64,000 nucleotides of DNA from Enterobacteria phage RB18. Shown one piece after another: positions 9,754 to 21,226 of the stretch; position 1 is the stretch's first letter, and each line of letters starts with the position of its first letter. The DNA lies in sequence record NC_054906.1; one strand, 5' to 3'. A model generated the notes under the pieces. It saw only the letters and a list, made by a program, of their open reading frames with translations. It was not told where the DNA came from and made no database searches. The translations under genes were made by a program, and so were the position numbers.

Positions 9754-10379
9754 TACAATAGCTCAAAGAATTCTTTGAGTCCTCTTATTACGTGAGCATG
9801 GGTTTTTCCACACTCTGGACACTTAATTGGAACAGCCAAATAAACAGTAGGCTTTAAAAGCATATCTTTTATAGCTACAATATCTGACTCTGTGATGATA
9901 GAATATAAATCTTCCAGTTCTTTTTCATTTAAGTCTTCAACTGGAATGCTTTCCCCGTTAGCATGAATCGTTTCTATGCATGATACTATCATGTGGGCTA
10001 TATTTTTATCATCAAAAATTTTAGGGTAATGGAATTTAATTTTAATGTCATCCAGTGTATACCAGAGGTCTTCTGGTGCATCTATTTGTGTATGTAATAG
10101 ATTTATATGGGTTGGTATTTCAGTTCCACAGGTGCACTTCCAGGAGTTTTCGTGATTAACTTCTCCAAGAGAATGCGCCCATAAATGAATCAGTAATAGT
10201 TCTGATTCTTGGCGGTTTAAATCTTTTGCATTTGTACAGTCTTTGATTAGCTTTTTAACAATCTCTTCTACTGAACCATTCTTTTTAGCAGTAATAAGTT
10301 CTAGATATTCTTTAAGAGTAAATGCGCGACAGTTGATTATTTTAGAACCAACTCTCACATCAAATTTGTATTCATACAT
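9753..10379 (-). CDS. 26: Baseplate hub protein gp26
   Basis: 208 aa, synteny. Confidence 0.8.
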   Translation of the reverse strand: MYEYKFDVRVGSKIINCRAFTLKEYLELITAKKNGSVEEIVKKLIKDCTNAKDLNRQESELLLIHLWAHSLGEVNHENSWKCTCGTEIPTHINLLHTQIDAPEDLWYTLDDIKIKFHYPKIFDDKNIAHMIVSCIETIHANGESIPVEDLNEKELEDLYSIITESDIVAIKDMLLKPTVYLAVPIKCPECGKTHAHVIRGLKEFFELL

Positions 10380-10400
10380 ATTTAGCTCCTTTATTTATCA

Positions 10401-10408
10401 TATTTATA
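10401..10408 (-). promoter_or_regulatory. Late promoter (TATAAATA, minus strand) for genes 26-25
   Basis: tatttata on plus strand 22 nt upstream of gene 26 start. Confidence 0.55.
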
Positions 10409-10412
10409 AATA
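10405..10412 (+). promoter_or_regulatory. Late promoter (TATAAATA) for gene 51
   Basis: Exact TATAAATA 18 nt upstream of the gene 51 ATG; overlaps the divergent minus-strand box. Confidence 0.65.
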
Positions 10413-10429
10413 GAATAAAAGGAGCATCT

Positions 10430-11182
10430 ATGGCAAACATTATTCGTTGTAAATTACCAGATGGTGTTCATCGTTTTAAACCATTTACGGTAGAAGATTA
10501 TCGAGATTTTTTGTTAGTTCGAAACGATATAGAACATCGGTCACCACAAGAACAAAAAGAAGTAATTGCTGATTTAATTGCTGATTATTTTGGAGATTAT
10601 CCAAAGACTTGGCAACCATTTATATTTTTGCAGGTATTTGTAGGGTCAATAGGTAAAACTAAAGTACCAGTCACATTTGTATGTCCAAAATGTAAAAAAG
10701 AAAAGACAGTTCCATTTGAAATATATCAAAAAGAATTAAAGGAACCTGTTTTTGATGTAGCTAATGTTAAAATTAAATTAAAGTTTCCTTCTGAGTTTTA
10801 TGAAAATAAAGCAAAGATGATTACTGAAAATATTCATTCTGTCCAAGTAGATGAAACGTGGTATGATTGGAAGGAAATTAGTGAATCAAGTCAAATAGAA
10901 CTTGTTGACGCCATCGAGATAGAAACATTAGAAAAAATTCTCGATGCAATGAATCCTATTAATTTAACATTGCATATGTCATGTTGTAATAAGTATGTAA
11001 AAAAATACACTGATATAGTAGATGTGTTTAAGCTATTAGTTAACCCAGATGAAATATTTACTTTTTATCAAATCAATCACACGCTTGTAAAAAGTAATTA
11101 TAGCTTAAATTCAATAATGAAAATGATTCCTGCCGAGCGCGGATTCGTATTAAAACTGATTGAGAAGGATAAACATCAATGA
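10430..11182 (+). CDS. 51: Baseplate hub assembly protein gp51
   Basis: 250 aa, synteny. Confidence 0.8.
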   Translation: MANIIRCKLPDGVHRFKPFTVEDYRDFLLVRNDIEHRSPQEQKEVIADLIADYFGDYPKTWQPFIFLQVFVGSIGKTKVPVTFVCPKCKKEKTVPFEIYQKELKEPVFDVANVKIKLKFPSEFYENKAKMITENIHSVQVDETWYDWKEISESSQIELVDAIEIETLEKILDAMNPINLTLHMSCCNKYVKKYTDIVDVFKLLVNPDEIFTFYQINHTLVKSNYSLNSIMKMIPAERGFVLKLIEKDKHQ

Positions 11183-12354
11183 GTATGTTACAACGCCCTG
11201 GATATCCAAATCTCAGCGTTAAATTATTTGAGAGTTATGACGCTTGGAGTAATAATAGATTTGTTGAATTAGCTGCTACTATTACCACATTAACTATGCG
11301 TGACTCTCTTTATGGTCGAAATGAAGGAATGCTACAATTTTATGATTCTAAAAACATTCATACAAAAATGGATGGAAATGAAATAATTCAGATTTCTGTA
11401 GCTAATGCAAACGATATTAATAATGTTAAAACACGAATTTATGGATGCAAGCATTTTTCCGTGTCAGTAGATTCAAAAGGCGATAACATCATTGCTATTG
11501 AATTAGGAACTATTCATTCTATAGAAAATCTTAAATTTGGTAGACCATTTTTCCCTGATGCCGGTGAATCTATAAAGGAAATGCTTGGCGTAATTTATCA
11601 AGATCGTACATTATTAACTCCAGCGATAAATGCTATTAATGCTTATGTTCCTGATATTCCATGGACTAGCACATTTGAAAACTATTTGTCCTATGTAAGA
11701 GAAGTTGCTCTAGCTGTAGGAAGTGACAAATTTGTATTTGTGTGGCAAGACATCATGGGAGTTAACATGATGGACTATGATATGATGATAAATCAAGAAC
11801 CATATCCAATGATTGTAGGTGAGCCAACTTTAATAGGTCAATTCGTCCAAGAATTGAAATATCCATTAGCATATGATTTTGTTTGGTTGACTAAATCAAA
11901 CCCGCATAAACGTGATCCAATGAAAAATGCTACTATCTATGCTCATTCATTTTTAGATTCTTCATTACCAATGATTACTACAGGAAAGGGTGAAAACTCT
12001 ATTGTAGTGTCAAGGTCAGGTGCTTATTCTGAAATGACTTATAGAAATGGATATGAAGAAGCTATTCGTCTTCAGACTATGGCGCAGTATGATGGTTACG
12101 CTAAATGTTCTACTGTCGGTAATTTTAACTTGACTCCTGGCGTTAAAATTATTTTTAATGATAGTAAAAACCAATTTAAAACAGAATTTTATGTTGATGA
12201 AGTTATCCATGAATTATCAAATAATAATTCAGTAACTCATCTTTATATGTTCACTAATGCAACGAAACTGGAAACAATAGACCCAGTTAAGGTTAAAAAT
12301 GAATTTAAATCTGATACTACCACTGAAGAAAGTAGTTCTTCCAATAAGCAATAA
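11179..12354 (+). CDS. 27: Baseplate hub protein gp27
   Basis: 391 aa, same length as T4 gp27. Confidence 0.85.
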   Translation: MSMLQRPGYPNLSVKLFESYDAWSNNRFVELAATITTLTMRDSLYGRNEGMLQFYDSKNIHTKMDGNEIIQISVANANDINNVKTRIYGCKHFSVSVDSKGDNIIAIELGTIHSIENLKFGRPFFPDAGESIKEMLGVIYQDRTLLTPAINAINAYVPDIPWTSTFENYLSYVREVALAVGSDKFVFVWQDIMGVNMMDYDMMINQEPYPMIVGEPTLIGQFVQELKYPLAYDFVWLTKSNPHKRDPMKNATIYAHSFLDSSLPMITTGKGENSIVVSRSGAYSEMTYRNGYEEAIRLQTMAQYDGYAKCSTVGNFNLTPGVKIIFNDSKNQFKTEFYVDEVIHELSNNNSVTHLYMFTNATKLETIDPVKVKNEFKSDTTTEESSSSNKQ

Positions 12355-12832
12355 AGAAGTTTCTATTCCTAAAATGGGTCTTAAACATTATAACATTTTA
12401 AAGGATGTTAAAGGTCCTGATGAAAATTTAAAACTTCTTATTGATTCTATTTGTCCGAATTTATCACCGGCAGAAGTTGATTTCGTTTCTATTCATTTAT
12501 TGGAATTTAATGGAAAGATTAAATCTCGTAAAGAAATAGATGGCTATACTTATGACATTAATGATGTCTATGTATGCCAAAGATTGGAATTTCAATACCA
12601 AGGAAATACATTTTATTTTAGACCTCCTGGAAAATTTGAACAATTTTTAACGGTGAGCGATATGTTATCTAAATGCTTACTTAAGGTCAATGATGAAGTT
12701 AAAGAAATTAATTTTCTTGAGATGCCAGCATTCGTTTTAAAATGGGCAAATGATATTTTTACAACTTTAGCAATTCCTGGCCCTAATGGTCCAATAACTG
12801 GAATTGGCAATATTATTGGATTATTTGAATGA
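12299..12832 (+). CDS. 28: Baseplate hub distal protein gp28
   Basis: 177 aa, synteny. Confidence 0.8.
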   Translation: MNLNLILPLKKVVLPISNKEVSIPKMGLKHYNILKDVKGPDENLKLLIDSICPNLSPAEVDFVSIHLLEFNGKIKSRKEIDGYTYDINDVYVCQRLEFQYQGNTFYFRPPGKFEQFLTVSDMLSKCLLKVNDEVKEINFLEMPAFVLKWANDIFTTLAIPGPNGPITGIGNIIGLFE

Positions 12833-14601
12833 AAAAGCCACAAGAAATGCAAACGATGCGTAGAAAAGTTATTTCAGATAATAAACCAACACAGGAAGCG
12901 GCTAAATCTGCTTCTAACACTTTATCTGGACTTAATGATATATCTACGAAATTGGATGATACTCAAGCTGCTTCTGAATTAATAGCTCAGACTGTTGAAG
13001 AAAAATCAAATGAAATAGTTGGAGCAATTGATAACGTTGAAAGCGCAGTAAGTGATACTACTGCCGGTTCTGAGTTAATTGCTGAAACTGTTGAAATTGG
13101 AAACAATATTAATAAAGAAATCGGTGAATCGCTCGGAAGCAAATTAGATAAATTAACAAGTTTACTGGAACAAAAAATTCAGACAGCTGGAATTCAGCAA
13201 ACTGGAACGAGTTTAGCAGTAGTCGAAAATGCTATTCCTGTTAAAGTCGTCGAGGATGATACAGCTGAATCTGTGGGTCCTTTATTACCGGCTCCTGAAG
13301 CAGTTAATAATGATCCTGATGCTGATTTTTTCCCTACTCCTCAGCCAATTGAACCAAAACAAGAGTCTCCAGAAGAGAAGCAAAAAAGAGACGCATTTAA
13401 CTTAAAATTATCTCAAGCTTTAGATAAATTAACAAAGACAGTTGATTTCGGATTTAAGAAATCTATTTCAATTACTGATAAAATATCTAGCATGCTATTT
13501 AAGTATACCGTCAGTGCTGCTATTGAAGCTGCTAAAATGGTTGCATTGATAATGGCTGTTGTTATTGGAATAGACCTGCTGATGGTTCATTTTAAATACT
13601 GGTCAGATAAATTTTCAAAAGCCTGGGATTTATTTAGCACTGATTTTAAAACTTTCTCAAGCGAAACAGGAACTTGGGGCCCTTTATTACAAAGCATCTT
13701 TGAATCTATTGATGAAATTAAAAAGTTCTGGGAAGCTGGAGATTGGGGCGGATTAACAGTAGCTATTGTTGAAGGGCTTGGAAGTGTTCTTTATAATTTA
13801 GGAGAGCTTATTCAATTAGGTATGGCTAAATTATCTGCAGCAATTCTTCGAGTTATTCCTGGCATGAAGGATACTGCTGATGAAGTAGAAGGAAGAGCAT
13901 TAGAAAATTTTCAAAATTCTACTGGAGCATCTCTTAATAAAGAAGACCAAGAAAAAGTAGCAAATTATCAAGATAAACGAATGAATGATGATCTTGGCCC
14001 AATAGCAAAAGGATTAGACAAAATTGCGAACTGGAAAACTCGTGCATCTAACTGGATTCGTGGTGTAGATAATAAAGAAGCATTGACTACTGACGAAGAA
14101 CGTGCAGCAGAAGAAGAAAAATTAAAACAACTTTCACCGGAAGAAAGAAAAAATGCTTTAATGAAAGCTAATGAAGCTCGTGCTGCGATGATTCGTTTTG
14201 AAAAATACGCTGATTCAGCTGATATGAGCAAAGACTCGACAGTTAAATCAATTGAAGCTGCTCATGAAGACCTTAAAAAACGAATGAATGATCCGGATTT
14301 AAATAATTCACCAGCAGTTAAAAAAGAACTTGCTTCTAGATTTGCTAAAATTGATGCCACTTATCAAGAGCTCAAGAAAAATCAACCTGAAGCAAAACCT
14401 GAAACTTCTGCTAAATCACCAGAAGCAAAACAGGTCCAGGTGATTGAAAAGAACAAAGCACAACAAGCTCCTGTTCAACAAGCATCTCCTTCAATCAATA
14501 ATACTAATAATGTTATTAAGAAAAATACTGTCGTTCATAATATGACACCTGTCACAAGCACAACTGCTCCTGGTGTATTTGGTGCGACGGGAGTTAATTA
14601 A
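12829..14601 (+). CDS. 29: Tail tube tape measure / baseplate hub protein gp29
   Basis: 590 aa, coiled-coil rich, synteny. Confidence 0.85.
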   Translation: MKKPQEMQTMRRKVISDNKPTQEAAKSASNTLSGLNDISTKLDDTQAASELIAQTVEEKSNEIVGAIDNVESAVSDTTAGSELIAETVEIGNNINKEIGESLGSKLDKLTSLLEQKIQTAGIQQTGTSLAVVENAIPVKVVEDDTAESVGPLLPAPEAVNNDPDADFFPTPQPIEPKQESPEEKQKRDAFNLKLSQALDKLTKTVDFGFKKSISITDKISSMLFKYTVSAAIEAAKMVALIMAVVIGIDLLMVHFKYWSDKFSKAWDLFSTDFKTFSSETGTWGPLLQSIFESIDEIKKFWEAGDWGGLTVAIVEGLGSVLYNLGELIQLGMAKLSAAILRVIPGMKDTADEVEGRALENFQNSTGASLNKEDQEKVANYQDKRMNDDLGPIAKGLDKIANWKTRASNWIRGVDNKEALTTDEERAAEEEKLKQLSPEERKNALMKANEARAAMIRFEKYADSADMSKDSTVKSIEAAHEDLKKRMNDPDLNNSPAVKKELASRFAKIDATYQELKKNQPEAKPETSAKSPEAKQVQVIEKNKAQQAPVQQASPSINNTNNVIKKNTVVHNMTPVTSTTAPGVFGATGVN

Positions 14602-14609
14602 GGAATAAT

Positions 14610-15704
14610 ATGGCAATTGTTAAAGAAATAACTGCTGATTTAATTAAAAAGTCCGGTGAAACAATTTCAGCCGGACAGAGTACTAAATCAGAAGTAGGAA
14701 CTAAAACATACACAGCCCAGTTTCCAACTGGGCGTGCTAGTGGTAATGACACTACAGGGGACTTCCAGGTAACAGATCTATATAAGAATGGATTATTATT
14801 TACTGCATACAATATGTCATCTAGGGATTCTGGAAGTCTTAGAACGATGAGATCTAACTACTCTTCTTCATCTTCGAGTATTTTACGTACAGCCAGAAAC
14901 ACTATCAGTAATACAGTATCAAAACTATCAAATGGACTAATATCAGATAATAATTCAGGAACAATAAGTAAAGTTCCTGTTGCAAATATTCTTTTACCTA
15001 GATCTAAATCTGACGTCGATACGTCATCACATAGATTTAATGATGTTCAAGATAGTCTTATTACAAAAGGCGGAGGAACTGCTACGGGCGTATTAAGTAA
15101 TATGGCTTCAACTGCAGTATTTGGCGCGCTTGAAAGTATAACACAAGGAATAATGGCTGATAATAATGAACAGATTTATACGACAGCCAGAAGTATGTAT
15201 GGAGGTGCTGAAAATAGAACTAAAGTGTTTACATGGGATTTGACTCCACGTTCAACAGAAGATTTAATGGCTATTATTAATATCTATCAATATTTTAACT
15301 ATTTTTCTTATGGTGAAACGGGTAAATCTCAATATGCTGCTGAAATAAAAGGATATTTAGATGAGTGGTATCGTTCTACATTTATTGAACCATTAACGCC
15401 AGAAGACGCGATTAAAAACAAGACGTTATTTGAAAAAATGACATCGAGTTTAACGAACGTTCTTGTAGTTTCAAACCCGACAATTTGGATGGTGAAAAAC
15501 TTTGGTGCAACTTCTAAATTTGATGGAAAGACTGAAGTATTCGGTCCATGCCAAATACAGAGTATTAGATTTGATAAAACACCAAATGGTAACTTTAATG
15601 GATTAGCTATTGCTCCTAACCTTCCAAGTTCTTTTACACTCGAGATTACTATGAGAGAGATTATTACGTTAAACCGTGCTTCTTTATATACGGGGACTTT
15701 CTAA
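14610..15704 (+). CDS. 48: Baseplate-tail tube junction protein gp48
   Basis: 364 aa, synteny. Confidence 0.8.
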   Translation: MAIVKEITADLIKKSGETISAGQSTKSEVGTKTYTAQFPTGRASGNDTTGDFQVTDLYKNGLLFTAYNMSSRDSGSLRTMRSNYSSSSSSILRTARNTISNTVSKLSNGLISDNNSGTISKVPVANILLPRSKSDVDTSSHRFNDVQDSLITKGGGTATGVLSNMASTAVFGALESITQGIMADNNEQIYTTARSMYGGAENRTKVFTWDLTPRSTEDLMAIINIYQYFNYFSYGETGKSQYAAEIKGYLDEWYRSTFIEPLTPEDAIKNKTLFEKMTSSLTNVLVVSNPTIWMVKNFGATSKFDGKTEVFGPCQIQSIRFDKTPNGNFNGLAIAPNLPSSFTLEITMREIITLNRASLYTGTF

Positions 15705-16669
15705 TGTATTCTTTAGAGGAATTTAATAATCAAGCAATAAACGCAGACTTCCAACGTAATAATATGTTCAGCTGTGTTTTTGCTACAACTCCATCAACTA
15801 AAAGCTCATCGTTAATAAGCTCAATTAGTAACTTTGCTTATAATAACTTGGGTCTAAATTCAGATTGGTTGGGATTAACTCAAGGTGATATTAATCAGGG
15901 AATTACCACGCTAATTACCGCTGGCACACAAAAACTAATAAGAAAATCGGGAGTCAGTAAATATCTTATTGGCGCTATGAGTCAGCGTACTGTCCAGAGT
16001 TTATTAGGCTCATTTACAGTTGGTACATATTTAATTGACTTCTTTAACATGGCATATAATTCATCTGGATTGATGATATATTCTGTAAAAATGCCAGAAA
16101 ATAGATTATCTTATGAAACTGACTGGAACTATAACTCTCCTAATATTCGTATAACTGGAAGAGAATTAGACCCTTTGGTTATTTCATTCAGAATGGATTC
16201 AGAAGCTTGTAACTATCGTGCAATGCAAGACTGGGTTAACGCTGTTCAAGACCCAGTAACTGGATTGCGTGCTTTACCGCAAGATGTCGAGGCAGATATT
16301 CAGGTTAATCTTCATTCTCGCAATGGATTACCACATACTGCGGTGATGTTCACTGGCTGTATTCCAATATCTGTGAGTGCTCCTGAGTTATCGTATGATG
16401 GAGATAACCAAATAACTACATTTGATGTTACTTTCGCTTATAGAGTCATGCAGGCTGGAGCAGTTGATAGACAAGCTGCCCTTGAATGGCTTGAATCTGC
16501 TACTATAAATGGTATTCAAAGCGTTCTCGGAAATAGTGGAGGTGTTACTGGACTATCTAATTCGCTTTCACGACTTAGTAGATTAGGAGGAACTGCAGGA
16601 AGCATTTCAAATATTAATACTATGACAGGAATTATCAATTCGCAAAGTAAAATATTAGGAGCAATATAA
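15704..16669 (+). CDS. 54: Baseplate-tail tube initiator gp54
   Basis: 321 aa, synteny. Confidence 0.8.
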   Translation: MYSLEEFNNQAINADFQRNNMFSCVFATTPSTKSSSLISSISNFAYNNLGLNSDWLGLTQGDINQGITTLITAGTQKLIRKSGVSKYLIGAMSQRTVQSLLGSFTVGTYLIDFFNMAYNSSGLMIYSVKMPENRLSYETDWNYNSPNIRITGRELDPLVISFRMDSEACNYRAMQDWVNAVQDPVTGLRALPQDVEADIQVNLHSRNGLPHTAVMFTGCIPISVSAPELSYDGDNQITTFDVTFAYRVMQAGAVDRQAALEWLESATINGIQSVLGNSGGVTGLSNSLSRLSRLGGTAGSISNINTMTGIINSQSKILGAI

Positions 16670-16673
16670 CAAT

Positions 16674-16699
16674 GGGGACCGAAAGGTCCCCATATTTTT
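16674..16699. terminator. Bidirectional terminator between gene 54 and the alt-region ORF
   Basis: ggggacc-GAAA-ggtcccc followed by T-run. Confidence 0.7.
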
Positions 16700-16988
16700 A
16701 TTTACGGAATGAAATAAAAGCAGCAACTGAAGCAACAGAGGTTTCTTCAATATAAACTTCAATTTTTACCGGAGCTTCTGACTCAAATTTACCTGTTACT
16801 ACACCCTGAAAAATACTTTCAGTCTGTTCTGGCTTTGAAAAATTTTCAGAAGGAAAAATTCCGAACTTTTTATCTGTTCCAAAAATTTTAATAAATTCAT
16901 CGTAAACTGCTTCATTAAAAGCATTATCAGCAGGAATAACGCCTTCAACTACAAGTTCTTGACCTAAAAAGCGCAAAGAAGATTTCAT
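16698..16988 (-). CDS. Hypothetical early protein (alt.-3 position)
   Basis: 96 aa ORF with SD; preceded by conserved early promoter. Confidence 0.5.
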   Translation of the reverse strand: MKSSLRFLGQELVVEGVIPADNAFNEAVYDEFIKIFGTDKKFGIFPSENFSKPEQTESIFQGVVTGKFESEAPVKIEVYIEETSVASVAAFISFRK

Positions 16989-17019
16989 TTTGTGTTCCTC
17001 ATGTTATGTCAGTAAGACT

Positions 17020-17049
17020 ACTATAACACAATATGAGGGACTTGTAAAC
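17020..17049 (-). promoter_or_regulatory. T4-type early promoter with conserved leader
   Basis: Minus strand GTTTACA, 17 nt, TATAGT; roughly 55-nt block nearly identical to 32145-32188. Confidence 0.55.
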
Positions 17050-19106
17050 TACATTTTGAACTTTTTAGACATTCCGTTGATGTTAACCAAAGAAGCTAAG
17101 ATTTGAGAAACTTCGTTTTCCTCTTCTTTTGATTCTTCTACAAGGAATTGATTAAATCCAGCCATTGGACGAACTTCTCCGGTTTCCATTAGATAGTCAC
17201 CATCATATACTGATTCTTCTAATTGTTCAGAAGGAGGAACGATTGTACCTTCGATTAGATACTTGTTATAAGCAGTTTCTTTCATAAAGTAAGTACTTAC
17301 TTTATTAATCTTCAGTAAAATTCCACGCGGTAGAATAACTTCAGCTTCTGATGGAAATCCTGTTAAATGACCTGGAACGATAACTTTGATTCGCTCAGCT
17401 CCTTTAATTACCATACCCACGCTAGTTTCAGCATCTTCATTAGCATATGTAGAATGACTACCCATATGCATCAAATCTTCTGCATCAACAGAACCTTCTC
17501 CTTCACCAGAAAATACTGCGCCGGAATCATCTAGAGCCATATAGTTTTTACCATGCTCACCGAAGATATTTGGTTTAAGTGATGTCGATACGAAGTTCTT
17601 GAAATAGAACATTTTGTTTTCAATGTTATGACGCAAAGTTTTAAAGGTAACTTCTTGTCCACGATAAAGCGTAGTTCCTGGAGGAAGAACTGAACCTTTA
17701 GCGAATGCAGAATCCAACGTCTCGATGTGCTTAATAGCTCGTTCCATATATTCTTCACGGGTAGAATCTGGTTTACCCAAAAGGAACGAGTTCATTTCAA
17801 CATATGAATCTGCACAATAATCTTCAATTACATCAGATTCAGCTTGAGTTAATCCTTTTGGAGTTACTTCGGTGCTTGCGTATTCATATGCCTGAGCAGC
17901 AGATTCATTAATCAATTTATAAATGCCATTCATGACAAATTGAATAATAGCTGTCTTTTCATCTGGCGTAGCTTTAGAACCTTTAACCAAATCATTGATA
18001 ATTTTCTTAATAACATCAAAGCTATTAGAAATATTAATATCAGCAAGATCGCTTAAAATTTTATCAGTTTTATAATCAAAGAATTCTTTATTCTTTAAAT
18101 ATTCTTGAGAACCTTGATATGTTATATCGCTCTGCAACTTGATGGATGGATCACGTAAACGTGCATGGGCTAATGCAATATGATTTCGGAAGTTTTCTAG
18201 TTCATAATCGCTAGATTTAAAACGAGAAGCACTCCTCATACCACCGATAGCTCCTTTGTTGAAGTTTGAACCAATCTGAATAACGCCAGAGTTCATTGGT
18301 CCTTCTGCTTTATATACCGGAACTTTGGATTCAAACTCTTGATATTTCTTAGCAGCGAAGCTATCACCCTGAAGTGAAGCATCAACAGTAGAATATTGAG
18401 CTTGTGCTGCTAATCGACGACTAATTTTAGTTTTCTGAATAACAGCTTGGTCAGTGCGCTTATCATTTTCTAAAGCAATAGAAGCAGCAACTGCGACAGC
18501 TTTAGGAACAGCATTACCTGTTTTAACGTCTACATAAACATCACCAACCTTTGATTCAACTTTTGTGAATAACTCAGCTGAAATAGGAGGTACACCTGGA
18601 ATGTCTTCTAAATTGGCATTTTTACGGTAAACCATAATATATGCATATTTCTTATCATAGTCCCAGATTTCCTTTAAAAGAACATATCGGCCTGCTCCTT
18701 TAGTACGTACTAAACGGTCAGCAATAACTTGCATTTGACGAGCAGCGCCATTTGTTTTACTCTTTAGTACGCGGAATAAGCATGCATCAATTTTATACTG
18801 TTTCATTGTTTGAAGAGCAGTATCAAAAACAGCATTAATGACGCCAATTGGATTTCCACCCAAGTTTTTAAGCTTAACTAATGATAGTTTCTCATTAACA
18901 CCTATCATTACGATATGCATCATTTTGTCGCCTGGCTTAACGTTTTTATTCGTATCACCGCCAGAGGTGTATGTACAAAATCTAAATCCGGGGAGAACGC
19001 TTTCTTCACCGGCTTGAATAGCAAAAATTTGTGGTATTTTATGCTTAGGATTTAAGTTAACAACCGGCGCCGAAGCGCCGTCAAATAATTCTGTAATAAG
19101 TTCCAT
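17049..19106 (-). CDS. Alt-like mono-ADP-ribosyltransferase, second paralog (685 aa)
   Basis: N-terminal ~230 aa near-identical to neighbouring Alt; FVSTSL and EAEVILPRG ART motifs. Confidence 0.75.
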   Translation of the reverse strand: MELITELFDGASAPVVNLNPKHKIPQIFAIQAGEESVLPGFRFCTYTSGGDTNKNVKPGDKMMHIVMIGVNEKLSLVKLKNLGGNPIGVINAVFDTALQTMKQYKIDACLFRVLKSKTNGAARQMQVIADRLVRTKGAGRYVLLKEIWDYDKKYAYIMVYRKNANLEDIPGVPPISAELFTKVESKVGDVYVDVKTGNAVPKAVAVAASIALENDKRTDQAVIQKTKISRRLAAQAQYSTVDASLQGDSFAAKKYQEFESKVPVYKAEGPMNSGVIQIGSNFNKGAIGGMRSASRFKSSDYELENFRNHIALAHARLRDPSIKLQSDITYQGSQEYLKNKEFFDYKTDKILSDLADINISNSFDVIKKIINDLVKGSKATPDEKTAIIQFVMNGIYKLINESAAQAYEYASTEVTPKGLTQAESDVIEDYCADSYVEMNSFLLGKPDSTREEYMERAIKHIETLDSAFAKGSVLPPGTTLYRGQEVTFKTLRHNIENKMFYFKNFVSTSLKPNIFGEHGKNYMALDDSGAVFSGEGEGSVDAEDLMHMGSHSTYANEDAETSVGMVIKGAERIKVIVPGHLTGFPSEAEVILPRGILLKINKVSTYFMKETAYNKYLIEGTIVPPSEQLEESVYDGDYLMETGEVRPMAGFNQFLVEESKEEENEVSQILASLVNINGMSKKFKM

Positions 19107-19109
19107 GAT

Positions 19110-21206
19110 TTATCCTTGAACGAACTTGTAAGGCATGTTTGTAATATCTATGCAAGACGCAATAATTCCAAGAGATGATTCTACTTTCTGTTTAACATTT
19201 GATGAAACAAATGATGCAAAGTCAACTCTGTCTTCTATTTCAATATCACCTGTCATTGCAACCAATTCACCAGTTTCCATTAAATGGTCTCCGTCATAGA
19301 TTACCGATTCGGTGAGTTCTTCGGTGGTCATAACTTCAGCTTGAATGAGTTTTGTATTATTAGACGTGGTTCCGTCATTATTAGAAGCATCAGTTATTTT
19401 ATTAACTTTGACCATCAATCCGCGCGGTAGAATAACTTCAGCTTCTGTTGCTATTCCGAGATTTCCTGGATATACAACATTAACTTTATGAGCTCCATCA
19501 ATTGCCCATCCTATTTGAACTTTAACGTATTCAGGATTTTCTTTATACGCTCTTATTTCGCTTGGATTAATAGTTATTCCTTCTTCATTTTTATCAACTG
19601 TCAATTCATTACGAGCTTCTGGTTCTAAAAGACCAATACCAGCATGTGTAATTCCAAAACGTCCAAAAATGATAGGAGTTAAAGAAGTAGATACAAAATT
19701 TCTGAAATAGAACACTTTATTTTTAACTAGTGCTTCGTATATAGGAGCAGTCATACTTTGAGCACGATAAACTGTGATGCCTTCCGGTATGCGGTCACCA
19801 TTTTCAAAAGCTGAATCTAAGTTATTTATAGCAGATTCAATTTCTTTTTCACTCATTACATCATATCGTTCTGGATTGTAACGACCTAAAAGAAGATTAT
19901 TGATGTCAGTATATCCTGAACCGCAATATTCTCTAATGCCACGCTTTTGTGATGGAGTATATTTAGAACCATCGCGGGCAATAGTAATATCAATCATTGG
20001 ACCAGCACCAATTCCAGAAAAACTGTAAATCATTCGTTTGAGGAATTTAGTTTTTGCTGCGTTCCAGGAATTTTTAGTTATTTCTTCCCAGACTTCATCT
20101 GGTTGTCCTTTACGATTTTTATTATGATTAGCAAGCCATTTATCTTTATAATCTTCAAAGAATTGATTTACAGCTGCTGCGTATTTCTCTAAACATTTTA
20201 TTGAAGTAGTTGGTTCATTTTTAATTGCATTAAAAATTACTTCTTTAATTTTTTCTGAAACTTCACCGACTTGACTCATTGGAAAGAATTTATAATCATA
20301 GTGAAGTTCATCTGCCGTTCCTTCAGCAATAATTTTTGCTGCCTTTGTTTTAGAAGCTAATGAATTAATTCCAATTTTCATTTCTTCTGCTTCGGGAATT
20401 AAAGGTGCAGTAGCTGGTTTATTAAAATTAGCTGCTGTAGATTCATACTTCTGGAATAATTCACTTTCAAATCTAGAAGATTCCAATGACTGACTTTGTG
20501 CAATTGCTCTACGGGAAATTTTAACTTTAACGATTACAGCTTGGTCAGAACGTTTATCATTTTCTTGCGCAATAGATGCTGCAATTGCCTCATTTTTAGT
20601 TACTTGGGCTCCAGTATCTTTATTGATATAAACATCACCGACTTTCGATTCAACTTTAGTAAAGAGCTCGGTACTAATTTCCGGAACTCCTGGAATGTCT
20701 TCTAGTGATACATTTTTGCGATGTATAAGAATATATGCATACTTTTTATCGTAATCCCAGAGTTCCTTAAGAAGGACGTATCTACCACCTGAACGACTAC
20801 GGATAAGTCTATCAGCAATAACTTGAATTTGTCGAGCTTGGCCAGCAGTTTTAGACTTAAGAATACGAAGCATACAAGCATCAATTTTATATTGACGCAT
20901 TGTTTGCATTGCAACAGTAAAAACTGAATTGATATAATTAATCGGGCTTGGACCAAGACCTTTTAATTTGGCAATTGAACCTTTAGCAGTTAATGTAAAA
21001 GGAACAATATGCATCATTTTATCGCCCATCTTTAAATCGCGATTAGTATCACCTCCAGATGTATAGGTACATAAACGAAAGCCTGGTTGTTCAATTGCAT
21101 CATCAACATGAACTGAAAAAATTTGTGGTATTTTCTTCTTTGGATTTAAGTTTGTAATCGGAAGAGTAGTATCTTCGTCAAATAATTCTGTAATAAGTTC
21201 CATCAT
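19110..21206 (-). CDS. alt: Alt ADP-ribosyltransferase (capsid-packaged, 698 aa)
   Basis: FVSTSL (STS) and EAEVILPRG (ExE) motifs; late promoter upstream; T4 alt position next to ligase. Confidence 0.8.
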   Translation of the reverse strand: MMELITELFDEDTTLPITNLNPKKKIPQIFSVHVDDAIEQPGFRLCTYTSGGDTNRDLKMGDKMMHIVPFTLTAKGSIAKLKGLGPSPINYINSVFTVAMQTMRQYKIDACMLRILKSKTAGQARQIQVIADRLIRSRSGGRYVLLKELWDYDKKYAYILIHRKNVSLEDIPGVPEISTELFTKVESKVGDVYINKDTGAQVTKNEAIAASIAQENDKRSDQAVIVKVKISRRAIAQSQSLESSRFESELFQKYESTAANFNKPATAPLIPEAEEMKIGINSLASKTKAAKIIAEGTADELHYDYKFFPMSQVGEVSEKIKEVIFNAIKNEPTTSIKCLEKYAAAVNQFFEDYKDKWLANHNKNRKGQPDEVWEEITKNSWNAAKTKFLKRMIYSFSGIGAGPMIDITIARDGSKYTPSQKRGIREYCGSGYTDINNLLLGRYNPERYDVMSEKEIESAINNLDSAFENGDRIPEGITVYRAQSMTAPIYEALVKNKVFYFRNFVSTSLTPIIFGRFGITHAGIGLLEPEARNELTVDKNEEGITINPSEIRAYKENPEYVKVQIGWAIDGAHKVNVVYPGNLGIATEAEVILPRGLMVKVNKITDASNNDGTTSNNTKLIQAEVMTTEELTESVIYDGDHLMETGELVAMTGDIEIEDRVDFASFVSSNVKQKVESSLGIIASCIDITNMPYKFVQG

Positions 21207-21226
21207 AGCCTCTCTAGTGTTTATTC

